From positions 32,001-96,000 of the IMG/VR virus record IMGVR_UViG_3300021255_003843: a stretch of 64,000 bases of DNA. One strand, given 5' to 3'. Shown here piece by piece: positions 11,601 to 23,000 of the stretch (within the stretch, counting starts at the first letter, position 1; each line of letters starts with the position of its first letter). The stretch is from a virus. Taxonomy: Duplodnaviria; Caudoviricetes. The translations under genes were made by a program, and so were the position numbers. The notes beneath the pieces were generated by a model. It made no database searches. It had not been told where the DNA came from and was given only the letters and a program-made list of their open reading frames with translations.

Positions 11601-12792
11601 GGTAATTCGCGATGCGCTGCAACATGCCGTCTGTCAGCAGACCGATGTCGCGGTAGTAATGGAAGTCCATCAGAAAGGAGAACCAGTTCGTTACTTCTTT
11701 GCGCTGAGACTCGTCTTCTGTGAAGAAGGCTTCGCTTTGCGTTTTTTGCTGACTTTCGTACAGAAAATAGGCACGTTCGTTGGCCTCGTCCCAGACGTAC
11801 ATACGAGAAGCAGGGTCTAAATCGGACCAGACAACTTTAGATATTTTCTGCAGAGAATCTGAGCTATTTCCGAAGGTAAAATATCGTACAATATTGATGC
11901 CATTCTTGTCGGTCAGGTTGACCTGGCATTCGGTGCCAGGGTCAACCGCCTCACCAATGACGAGAGTGTACACGGTATGTGTGCACTCATCAATGCCGCA
12001 GTAGCCGTTTGTCTTGTCGCCATACGCGCCATAGGCGTACAGCTTCGTGATCATGTTCTCCTCATTCAGCGTGCGCGTAACGTTGCTGACGTTCGTGCCA
12101 TAGTGCAACTCGATTACACCTTCGTTCATAACGTCGGGCAGCGCACCATCCTCTGGTTGAGAGAACGGGTTCAGTGGCACAATGTCAACCGTCTTCGTGT
12201 CGCCGTTATAGATCGGTTTCGCCTCGAAGAGGTCACACATGTTCGCTATTAGCTTGAAGGCCCCGGTCTTTGCAGAGGCCTTCAAGCTACGATACTTAAC
12301 AGACGTTCCATCTTTCTCATAGAAAGTGTCTACGTGGCCGGGTGTCCAACCCGTACCTTCAAGAATCGTGTCGAGCAGCATCGCCGCCGTACCGACGTTG
12401 TTGCCTTCTTCGTCGGAGAATTCAAGCTCAAGACGTTTATGCTTCAACAGCTGGCTGACATGGCCCGCTGTAATGTTTAAGGTTTTCGTATAGTTGTTAT
12501 GCGTGATCTTAGACTCAGACAGGATGAACCAATCGGTCCCGTCATCGTCGATCATTCTCAGCTTATATCCTTCGCGGATATAGGGGATGCGGAAATTAGC
12601 TTCGTCGCCATCTTCGGTGTGGATCTGCTGCGGCAGAGAAAAAGAGATCTCTTTCCACCCGTTGCGCTCCGTCGTTTTTATGACGTCGTATGCCTGACCT
12701 GATACGTCAGATGTTTGGTCGTACAGTGAGCACTGCTTGTTACCTGAGTAATCAAATACATCAAGTACAAGGTTTCGTCTGTATTTGAGCAA
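8695..12792 (-). CDS. Baseplate hub / Tal-like tail spike protein
   Basis: Directly follows Dit; ILEGTGW, YGTNVSNVTR...ITKLYAYG, GFAIA...WAWRTFGDGNGFTADEITTGYL motifs. Confidence 0.8.
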   Translation of the reverse strand: MLKYRRNLVLDVFDYSGNKQCSLYDQTSDVSGQAYDVIKTTERNGWKEISFSLPQQIHTEDGDEANFRIPYIREGYKLRMIDDDGTDWFILSESKITHNNYTKTLNITAGHVSQLLKHKRLELEFSDEEGNNVGTAAMLLDTILEGTGWTPGHVDTFYEKDGTSVKYRSLKASAKTGAFKLIANMCDLFEAKPIYNGDTKTVDIVPLNPFSQPEDGALPDVMNEGVIELHYGTNVSNVTRTLNEENMITKLYAYGAYGDKTNGYCGIDECTHTVYTLVIGEAVDPGTECQVNLTDKNGINIVRYFTFGNSSDSLQKISKVVWSDLDPASRMYVWDEANERAYFLYESQQKTQSEAFFTEDESQRKEVTNWFSFLMDFHYYRDIGLLTDGMLQRIANYQMKAPEYMEIVNTKATEFANAITSLSETIGSVDFCKLDCTIVKEQDGHVKLNLNTNDYSKGVMYRTDYTKKEDKQFKWRVATELKGNGDPVHDIASVVYIVYEPYNGEPLKYEKSYLKEIDDEENPSVLTLWLTSNDCKYIQSVPYRVYLFAQHNVNGLLGAYETADEATQQAAETAVKVVTVKHPLYYEKDEPSHSALSLNGYGWWWKWYEGNTTPSELYFCWADKGDTAWKRVIVDSVDPADSPGDYWFNWKKSLLYRKESGAWSAKKETVADKRMSALFGTVYAAGQTRDKYIKGIYQNYTYTADAELPSGNYAFENGYGNYWVFTTKDTLNAGDTLTYDSTVSTITQKVKDAETVIETKAYRFDNVNYHADNILAGMSAQEVGTIDKSSGGDVEDNAKHRTGFIRAYVNTEYVFNGYNGDLDVYYYDEERRYLGYETVYGMGGSVVTPYGQTHVTEVGDLVVGGTKYIRIVSDRVITADAVTISTPNVANKIITKEDETYVVLQNVVPSGELKGITPLTKKFADLADEAYGVCYPALKSAQDDVKELENALKTELGDLYREGYWQKNDYVDGDEQKLYDDALDNLEKLSKPEAKYDINYVDLYGSNMDGFEDSVTGEQYKILWPDISTQSAAHLVDPDININCWAFVDKIQKCYDLPWKTKISINTNLTTITQHSFTDVMTHIAEVSSEAKGRMGLYERASAITETGAIAAQRLEGKIDANKLLITGGSSTWYTDDRGNMVFVSADGNSAMTLTGNGFAIASSKDEWGDWAWRTFGDGNGFTADEITTGYLSAERIEAGSITTNHIAPGFGEELDISSNKSINIVVQNLEDEINDKIASIVITDDQIIAAVEKTEHFVTKDDAQNYATKDDVDDMIGYRIEIISTSDVLSSNVTSTTLSARVWHGNQNVTADLPASRFQWKRKSADSMADDIWNSNHNGVKSITVTTLDVYYSATYDCELTSEE

Positions 12793-12814
12793 AGGTGCTC
12801 ACTTCCTTTCTGTC

Positions 12815-13906
12815 TTATGCAAATGTAGGTTTATATAAAATATCGAGCTTCGTCAGATTGATAGTGCCGCCATTAGGATAAGCGCTGACATACAGCTCGT
12901 TCATTTTCAATATCTGCGCTTTGCCGTTCTTCTCATCGGTCACAGTTTTATTGATGCCAGCAGTGCTGTCGTCGGTCACGTTCACGATCTTCGCGCTCGT
13001 TCCGTCGGCGAAGTACACATACCGGTTGACCATGTCGTAATTAAACTTGCCGTCGCTCTTGAGCGTTTTACCATCTTCGCCGATCGTAATGTCGATGTTG
13101 CGGTAAGCTGGATAGCCGGGCTCAAGCTCGATGAATCCGTAATCGTGATACAGGAAGCCAGGGCTCGACACCGTGCCGTTTGTCAGGATTGTCTGCCCGT
13201 TCAGGCTATCGCACTGCACATAATGATTGTTCGCACAAACCTCTGGCGTAATTGCAACGAAGCGGCAGTTCTGTCCCGTTGTACGGTTAGAGATCATTAA
13301 GCCAGTGCCAACGTCGCCGGCAATCCGCACGGCGATCTTGGCGCGCTCAGTACCGGGGTTGTACAGCAGCAGCTCTTTGTTCTCGGTGATCGGCTCGCTT
13401 GCGGAAGCAAACGATGTTGTCATGTCGATTGTACCTTCAGGCAGCAAAGCAGAGTTCGCCAGCAGGCTTGCTTCGTCTTCGCAGCCATCAGGGATAGACA
13501 TATAGTCCGTTCTCGCGTAGGGGTAGTAGGCCCGTAATGAGATCGAGACGATGCCGTTCTGGTAGTTCGTCATCTGCCCGACATCAACGCCGGTCACTGT
13601 CGCCACGTACCAGCACCAGGGACGCTTCTTGAACACAAGCCGCCCTGTTGCGTTGCGGCGGAAGACACTGTAAATCCTAGTGAGCACGCCGTTGAGCACA
13701 TGTTGATCCTCATAAAAGCAGCGAAGAACAAAGTCCTTGGGTTGCAGTGTGCTACCGTAGTAATAGCCGCCGTCGTGACCGTCGAAAACTTGCTCATGCG
13801 GTTTATGCGTAGCAGGCTTATACACGTAGGTGTTGCTCAGGTCCGGCGCATATTCAAGCTCAAGATCTGCAATGTCGATCCCGTTAAAGGTGAATCCTCC
13901 AGTCAT
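12815..13906 (-). CDS. Distal tail protein (Dit)
   Basis: MTGGFTFNG...G.DG.YY...F...G.LVF...AYYPYA; follows TMP; RBS GAAGGAGG supports ATG at 13906. Confidence 0.8.
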   Translation of the reverse strand: MTGGFTFNGIDIADLELEYAPDLSNTYVYKPATHKPHEQVFDGHDGGYYYGSTLQPKDFVLRCFYEDQHVLNGVLTRIYSVFRRNATGRLVFKKRPWCWYVATVTGVDVGQMTNYQNGIVSISLRAYYPYARTDYMSIPDGCEDEASLLANSALLPEGTIDMTTSFASASEPITENKELLLYNPGTERAKIAVRIAGDVGTGLMISNRTTGQNCRFVAITPEVCANNHYVQCDSLNGQTILTNGTVSSPGFLYHDYGFIELEPGYPAYRNIDITIGEDGKTLKSDGKFNYDMVNRYVYFADGTSAKIVNVTDDSTAGINKTVTDEKNGKAQILKMNELYVSAYPNGGTINLTKLDILYKPTFA

Positions 13907-13925
13907 AAATAACCTCCTTCTTTTC

Positions 13926-13952
13926 CATATATATCCATTCTCGAGTGTAATC
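13926..13952 (-). promoter_or_regulatory. 27-bp conserved motif, copy 1 (candidate phage-RNAP late promoter)
   Basis: CATATATATCCATTCTCGAGTGTAATC, near-identical at 45602 and 53301; just upstream of Dit and downstream of a strong hairpin. Confidence 0.6.
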
Positions 13953-13972
13953 ATTATTTTACGCACTTGTAA

Positions 13973-14011
13973 GCGTGCGCCCTACCCCTTTTAAAGGGGT
14001 AGGGCGCACGC
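13973..14011 (-). terminator. Strong hairpin/terminator after TMP
   Basis: GCGTGCGCCCTACCCCT-TTTAA-AGGGGTAGGGCGCACGC inverted repeat. Confidence 0.65.
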
Positions 14012-14048
14012 GCTTATCTAGCATTTGTTTATTAAATATATATAATCC

Positions 14049-17000
14049 TTAGAAAGAATAGCTCATCGTATTAAAGCCTTGCTTCGAAAGCTCTTTAACA
14101 AACTTCTGTCCAACACGCTGCGCGACCTCGTCAAAGTCGGCGTCATCCTTGAACTGAGCTTCTGTGATGTTGATCACAAGCTCGCCAATGTTCTGGCTGT
14201 TTCCACTGAACGAGTTGCTGTCGATATTGCTGATTGTAGAACGATAACGCACAACCTTTGCCTCGTCTAAGAAGCTGCGTATCAGAGCGGTATCGTCGGC
14301 GCTAAGGAAAGCTTCGGGCTTAGCTTTAGTGCCGTCAACCCAGGCGGGACCAGTGAAATCAACTAAACCACCGGAATCAAAGCCAAATAATTTCTTAACG
14401 TTATCGGCCAGTTTGTTGGCAGTAGCAGATATTGTTTGAGCAACTTTACTCGTTGAACCAATTTTGTCTGTGCCAGAAGAAGCAGTGTCGTAATGAAGAG
14501 CTCTGGAATTGTCAACGTAAGCGCCATTGTTATCTTGAACATTGATCCTGTCAGCGTCTGTTGTGGTATTCGCATTATTGCCAGACCCAGAACCGGATCC
14601 AGATTTCTTACTCGATCCATTTGTCCCAATCCCGCTCAGACCATTATCGCTATGACTATAGACAGCATCACGCTTTTGCGCAGCAATCCAGTTATCATAC
14701 ATCTCGCCCCAATCGTAAAGCATTTGTTTCTGCTCATCCTCTGAAGCATTGATGTAATCCTGACTTGCCATCATGTAATTCAGGAACAAGTCTTTGCCGC
14801 TCAAGATATCAGCGATTTCTTCCCAGTAAGTGTGCGTATAACCAATCATTTGCTCGTAGGTGTCGATCCAACCCTGGATCATCTGCTTCTGCGCAGCGTC
14901 CATTGCTAAGCCGTACTCTTCTACGTTAGCCTTCAACCAATCGAGCATACCTTCCTGGCTCATCTGCATTACCTGGTTTACCTCGTCAGCCAGATTGTTG
15001 GCGTCTTCAAGCCAGGCTTCAAGATCTTCGCCGCCGTAGTTAACGAAATCATCGTAAGCCTGCAGCTGGCTATCGATCTGTTCCTTTTGGTAATCAGCTT
15101 CATCTTCGGCAACATCCCATGCAATCTCTTTCTCGATCTTCGCAATCTGCTCTCTCAGCTTTGCGGCATCCTTTGTGCGGGTGCTGTCCATCTCAATCAA
15201 CGCAAGCTGTTTCTTGTACTCAGAAAGCTCTTCATACTTCTCAGCTTCGTCTTCAGCGTCTTTTCTACGCTGAAGACGTTCGTCAATCAGATTCTTTTCT
15301 TCTTCAAGCGCAGCGCGTTTCTTCTCGATGTCTTTCTCAATCAAAGCCCACTCAGCGCGATAGCGCGCACGGATCGCTTCGATGATGGCGTCTTGCATGC
15401 TGACAGTACCGGCAAGCATATCACGCTCGCGCTGGATACGGTTGTTAATCTCAGTGTCAACCTCGGTTTCAAGATCGGTATGCAGCTTCAGTATCGCCTG
15501 TTCGTTCTCTTCAATCTTCTTTGTATTCTCCTGAATCGCGATGTTTGCTTCCTCGATCGCTTCTTCATAAGCGAGTACACTGTCATACAGGCTCTTCCAA
15601 TCGTCGCTGTTCTTCTTCGTCCTTGCCATCTGCTTCTTCGTTGTTTCGATATGCTTCTCAAGCGTAGCAATCAGGCGCTTCTGAGCATCGTTCTCAAGCT
15701 CGATCATCCGGTTCTGGTTGCCTATCTCGCTGGCGTTTTCATACTTTGTCTCTTGATACTGGATCATCTTAATCTCGTGATTCAGCAGAGCTTGTTCGCG
15801 CTTCAGGCGTTCAAGCAGTTTCTGAGCAGCGGACTTACCTCCGCCGCCTCCGCCGCCTCCACCACCGCTACGTCCTTTACCAAGATCGGTAGTCTGGAAC
15901 TGTAGTTTAATATTGCTGCCGTCGGATGTAACGACACCAGTTGCTTGCATACCCATTCGCGAAAGTGTTGCCATGATCTCTTGAATTTGAGCTTGCGCTG
16001 CACCAGTTGCTTCGTTGGCAAGCTGAGACAAGTCAACAGTTACTTGACCTTTATCAACCAGCAACTGAATTTGGGATCCGTCCAAACCAAGATTCTGCAG
16101 TTTCTCGTTGAACGTACCTTGCAGACCTTCTGTCAACATGGTGCCAGCAGTATTCAGATAATTGTCAATCGCTTGCTTATCTTCAGTTTCCCAATCTTTA
16201 ATTGCTTGCTGTACAGGGGTGCCGCCTTTTCTTAAATCTTTTTTATCTAAGCCAGTACCTTGCGCAATAGCAGAGAGCACGTCGTTACTTCTATCACCTT
16301 TTTTGTATTTCTCTCGATAATACTGATTGTTAGCGATAGCATTGATGCCCTGCCGGAACGATTTCATATATGCATTAGAATCTTTAATGTCTCCGCTAAG
16401 TGCTCTAACGCCGCTTGCAATATCTTTTGAAGCTTTATTAAATTTATTATACTGTTCAATCTTTCTTGCAGAGAACTCGCCGTTCAAGGCGGTCATATCA
16501 TATGTAAAATCCTCTGTTGCATTGCCGATCGCATAAAGAAGATCAGCTCCACCTTCAATATCACTCAACCATTGAGCAAAATCTTCGTGACTTGCTATAT
16601 AAGATTGAACAGTAGCAAGCTGTTCTGTGTTTAAATTTAGCGAACTGCTTGTACCAAATCCTTCACCAAATTGCTGCCTGGCAATTTCCATATTGTTATT
16701 GAATAATTGATCTCGATAAAGAGGAGCATAGCCAGTGCCTTGGATCAGGGCATTCCGCATCTGGTCATATGTCCATCCGTGCTCGCTATTATAAAAGATT
16801 TCATCAAAGCCGCTGCCAAGCATACGAGCTCCTTCGTCCTTCTTCAGATAATCTAAAAGCTCGGCGTCGCTATTGATGGCCGCTATCAGAGATTCCTGAT
16901 CTGAACTTTGCATAGCCAATCTTGCCAAACGGTTCTTATATGTCTCCGCTTCTTTTTCAGGTTCAACATTAGCTGCTGCACCTTGCGTTAAGATTTCATA

Positions 17001-20000
17001 AGCAGTTCTGTTATCAGTTATTTCGCTAATGCCAGTAATTTGTCCATCTTTCTCTGTCAGCTGTAACCCAGACATATCAAGCAGTTGTTCGACAAGCTCT
17101 CTAATTTTTTGATTGCCATCCTTAGCCAGATCTGAAAGGCTACTGAGCTCAGGGAAAGCTCCAACAATTGCTGCTTCCAAACTATCTCGTATCTTTTGTT
17201 GATCGCCTTTTAAATCTTTTGCAAGATCTTTCAGTTTTTCAGGTGTCTTTTTATATTCTTTTATTTCTTCATCTGTGAGTTGAGCTTTTGTCTGTAGGTA
17301 CTCCCAATCAGTCTCAGTAAGATTAGCTTGATTATCATACATTGTTTGAGCGATTTGAGCTGCTTGACTTGTGCGTTGAAGCTCAGAGCCTTCTGCGCTT
17401 ATTAATCTTCTCTCTTCTCTGGTGGGTCCTTTTGTACGATCAATGTCTGCAAGCCTCTGCGCAAGTTCAGCGCTACCAGCTTTCAGCTCTCCATTGCGTT
17501 CTCGCTCATAAACAGTTTGATAAGCAGACCCGGCTTTAAGCGCATCTATCTGATATTTCTCAAGCTGCTGCCCAGACATCACAGCAGAGTAAGCTTCGTT
17601 AAAGCCCTGCACGTTATTTGTCAGATAATCAAGCATCGTCGGGTTATTCTTTCTCAACTCTTCGAGCTTTGCCTTGTCGCCATTGAGAGCAGCTGTAATG
17701 TATTCAGATACACCGGACGTTGTCATCCTCGTAGCGTTCGGAGCCGTAATACCGTACGCGCCGTTCAACAGCATGGCGCGAATAGCGTCAACGTCGCCTC
17801 GCTCTATAGCCGCAAGGAAATCAGTGTTACTAAGTAGATCTGTCGCAGCGGTTGTTTTATATCCATTTGTACGCTGTACTAAATCGACATAACTTCTGAA
17901 ATCGCCTAAATTGCCATTACTCAGTTCGAAAGAATTCAGCATTGCTTGATAATCAGTGCTTTGATCTCCCTGTCCAAGCGCTGCTCTTGTATCCAGCGCT
18001 CGTGCCAATTGCTGAGCCCATGTCAACTGCGCGTCAGCTTTGCCGCCATACTGCATCTGCCATTGCCCATTCTCGCCGCGCACAATTTCACCAAGCTGAG
18101 AAGCACGAAGTCGTTGATTCACTTCAGCTACTTGAGCATCTGTCATGCCAGTAATCATATCGCTTGTAGACTTCTGCGTCCTACCAGGCTTAGACATCCC
18201 AAGCATTACCTTGATGCGCTCTAAGAAGCCTTCTGGTTGCTTAGTTTCGTATGCGGCATCACCAAGCTGATCCACCAATATTTGGTCGACAGCTGTGCTG
18301 ACAGTAGTGTTGCGAAGCTTCTCAACCTCTTCCATTGCATATCCGTAATCATTTGCTAAGCTGCGTTCACCAGACTGATATTGCGCAATAACGTTGTCGC
18401 CAATATTAAAGGCATTCTTGATCGTATTCCAATCCTCTGGCCGCTGTATTCCTTGACCAGAAGTTAAGCGTTTATAAGCCTGCTGCACCTCATCGAGGTT
18501 AGTGATCTGCTGTCCAAGCTGATTCATCTGGCTAATGCTATCAATGATATTGCCGTTAGCAATCGTCGTCAGTTGATTACTGAGACCAGATAACACTTTA
18601 CCTTCTTCTTCGAGTGCGCCGATTACCTCATTGCGTATCGCATCGGCCAAAGTCTTAGCAGCTTTGGCCGCAGCTTCGCTGTCAGAGCCATACGTCGCAA
18701 GATAATCAAATAAACCAGGGAAGCTCTTTAACTGGCTTTGAATACCATCTTCTAATCCTGCAAACATATCTTTCGCACCGTCGCCAGCTTCCATCAGCTT
18801 ACTGATTTCTTCCAGCGTTTTGGCAGTTGTCATTTGCGGAGTATAACCAACAAACGGATTATCTGTAAACGATTCCTGCGCTTTCTTTTTTAGATCGTCT
18901 AATTCCTTTTGATCAACTGTTTCTCCATTGTTTTGTTTTTCAATTAACTGCAAATATCTGAGAAGCTCAGACGATTGACCAAGCTGACCAAGATATTTTT
19001 CACCAGCCTGCTGCAAGCTCATATTATTATCAAGCACATCTTTTATCATCGCTCTATTGGAAGCGTTTGAGAAAACACCGCTTGTGTTATACAAATTTTT
19101 CCAGTTATCATACCATAAGCCTTGCAATAAACTTTCTCCATTTTTTCCGACAAGATTACCGTTTTCATCAAACGACAGCCCGAGCCCGCTCATCACGTCA
19201 GAACCTACATCCGAATTGGCCGCATTAAGCAAGCTAATAAAAGCAGGTAAATACTGATTTTGTCTTATAAGCTCTTCACCGACGGACAGTTTTAAATCAT
19301 CCCAATTGTCTGCAGTAACTTCTTTATCAAACCCAGAAAAACTCTTCATCGATTCTATAAAGCTTTGTGCTTCTGCAAAGTCATATGATTTCTCTTGTAT
19401 GTCAGACATCTGTTGAATTGTACTAACCCAGTTGTTAATACCTTCGGTGGCAGTTTTTATCTCATCATCTGTTCCGTATAAGCCAGTAATCCAACCAGCT
19501 TGATCAGAAGTGATCCGGCTTAATGCCTGCAAGCGATTTAAGTTACGAGTATTGTACGCCTTTCGATACTCAGCTTCCGCTAACTGGTATTCGTCAGCTT
19601 CTCTATTTCCTATCAATCCAGACATTGTATATACATTTGACAAGATTCCAGAACCGCTGTTGTTCTGCCATATTGCCTGTTCAGTCGGAGTTAAATTATT
19701 CTCTATATATTTACCAAACGCTTGCGGTGTCGCAAATTGATTAGAGCTTATTAATCCATAGAGCTTATTAGCCAATTCATACTGGCTGTTTTCAGATTGC
19801 ATTGCTTTATACGGATTGTACAAGCTTCTGTTCTCATAAGTCAATCCGCTTAAATCTGATAAAGTCTTGCGATCAAACAGGCCATATGCGCCGCTATAAT
19901 CACTATATCTCGCGTTTAATCCAAGCTTGTTCATAGCAGCGTCAAGAATAGGAGTTCCGTATTGCGCACCAAGATAATCATAACTGTAAGCAGCATCGTT

Positions 20001-23000
20001 CTGAGCTTGTAACAATCTCGCATTTAAGTCCGTTGAGGCCCCTGTCATCGTAATATTTCTATGCGTTACATCAGCGTTTATAAAATCATTTTTGTTAATA
20101 CCGATTAAGCTGAACAAGTTTTCGTCAATAGCATCCAGTTCTGTACCATTGTTAAGATATTGACTGATTGTATTGTATGCTACAACCCTGTCATACACAT
20201 CGTTAATATTCTGTACCATTTTATCTCTAAGCGCTTCGCGGCTTGTTGTTTGAGCTGAACCATGTCCTTCAGATAAAGCTTGAATCACCATATTCGTAAG
20301 CCCATCGGACACTTGGCCACTTCTTTCTTGTAATCTTAACCATGCTGTCTTTAAGATATCCAAAGCGTTATTTCTATCGGCGGTAATCTTGCTGCTATTC
20401 AATGTTGTAATAGCGTTTGCAACATCCGATCCATACACACTGGTTATCGCAGCCAGCTCGTCTTCTGTAAGCTGAACATTAAAATTACCGCTGTTTAATT
20501 GGGCGGCGGCTTTAAGTACAAGCTTTTGAGCCTGCTCTTCTGTTGTAGCCATCGACGCTTGGTTGATATCAAAAGCAGCGTTCGGTCTGTTGTAATTAAC
20601 AGAGTTAAACCAATTTTCTTGGAACCCTTTGCCGTTCGTAAGACCCAGCTGCTCAGCTTGCGCCTGAGTCATTAAACCGGCGTGAATCGCAGAGCCATAT
20701 GTGTTTACCAAAGCTTGTCTATAATCACTGCTGTTCAAATACGCCACATACTCTCGAGCAGCTGCGGCTTCATTGCCAAAGAAATCTTTGTCGCTCTTGC
20801 CAGCGTAAGTAGAAGATCCGGCTTTAATAAGCTCCTGATATTGAGACGGAATATTTGCCCAAGCAATAGTGCCAGAAGCTAACCGATTTGCAAACTGTCC
20901 GGCGATCGCTTGATTACGCATGGTTTCAAGTTCTGTGTTGAAAGTTGTTTGCGCCTCATGTTTCTGAATTCCATTTCTTGAAAACTGGTCAGCTAACTCA
21001 ACGAGATCCTTGATCAGCGTACCGGCTTTCAAAACTTCTTCTATGCCTTCAGACTTAAACTTGATCTTAATCTCAGTTTCTAACTCTTTCTTGCGTGCCG
21101 CATCAGTAGTGTTTATCCACTCATACAGCTCTGGATATGCACTCTTGATCTCGTTTAAATACTCTCCATATTTTTTCTTAGCTTCATCGGCATTAAGATC
21201 AAAGTTGACAATATTTGAAGCGACAGATCTCAGCTGTCTGGATGTATAAAAATTGTTGCCGTTAGCGGCCAGAGGATTTTCTTCGACATATCCTTGACCG
21301 GTATATGTTGTTGAAAATTGTTTATCTTGTCCGATAGTTGTTCTATAACCAGCAGATTTTGCGGCCTGCGTAAACTGCTGAAACTCTTGTCGAGTAGACT
21401 CGTCGGTTATACTATTCGCGTAAAGTTCCATAATTCTATCAGTAAAATCAAGGCCTTTATTTTCTTTTCTGAGCTTATTCCACTCTTCTTCATCCATTGA
21501 TTTAACGAAACCGCCAAGCAGATCTTGCATATAAACATTGAACCCGTGCGCACTTTCTTCTCTTGCTTTATTTAATCTGCTATTTTCAAGTGTCATGTAC
21601 AAACCTCTGTTTGCATCAAAGTTTGTCCTATTAACACCCCACTGTTTAGCAATTAAATCGTATTGATCCGCACTCGCAGTACCAGCATTTATAGCATTGT
21701 ATGCAGCAAGTTCTTGACCATAACTCATATTACCAGACAAAATACTGGCCGTATAATCCGTTAAAGAGCTTTGTAAAACTTTACCTTGTAAATAATCTCT
21801 GAATTGATCCAACGTATATTTGCCGGTGCCAACTTTAAGATCTTTAATCATTTTAGCAAACTCTGCGTCGTTTGTCATAACGCCCGTCAGATTAGGTATT
21901 TGTTTTTCAACATTGGATATCATATCAGCCATATCTTGATAAGAGCTGGCTTGCATGGCATATGACAACACATTTTTATATACATCTGTATATTCTTTAT
22001 CATTTAAACTATAATCATTAACAAATTGATCTAAATTTCGATAAGCATTTAATCCAGCTGAAGTTTTTATTCTATTTATGTCAAAATCATCGTAATTTAA
22101 TTCAATAATATCAGACGTTTTTTGAATTATTGATTGTTTATAATTGCGATATGCTTCTTCAGCTTTATCTAAATCGTCAAAACCAAACAATTGCTTTCCA
22201 TTTTCATCGGTGTAGAAATATTTGTATTTATTATTTGCTTTCTTAGCTGCATCCTGGAATTGTTGTGGTGCTTTATATGTATTTAAATATCTTTGTAAAG
22301 ATTCATGTAATGCATCTGGCAAATCTTCAGGCAATACTTGAGCAGTATCTTTCAATAATTGATCCTTTAAATATTTCCGCGCTTCTTCATCTCCGCCAGT
22401 TAAGCTATCTGTATCTCCAAGAATTTGACCTATAAAAGTATCAACTTCTTCTTCTCGCTGTTGTTGATAAGCGTCGGTATATAATTTCTGAATTCCTTGT
22501 CCTTTTGACCCAATTAAATAATTCCTAAACGAGTTTAAGAACTCTTTTTGATGTTCAGGATTAAGATGCGTGATCGACGTAAATACATTTTCTGAAAACC
22601 TGGCTCTCGTTTCATTTCCAAGTTTCTTTAAAAAACTGACGCCATCATCAGTATTTAAGTATATCTTAAATTTATCGTTTAATTTAGGATCATTAACATC
22701 TATGCCGAGCATTGAAAACAATGCCTTTTGATAGAATTCTTCATATGCTTTTTCAGAAGAAAGATCAATATCGTAAATACTATCAGGCATTATATCCGCA
22801 TAATCAAATGTTATTGCAGAAGTTGCATCAGCAATGTCAGAAGGCAACGTACCAGATGCCCAGTTGACCAAATATTTTTCATTTAATGAAGTACCTACAT
22901 TTTTATGTTCAACAGAATGTTGCGATGCATTATAAGCATCTCTTAATTTATCTGGTTTATACGCCGCTTCATAAGCAGCATATTTCATATCAATAGTATC

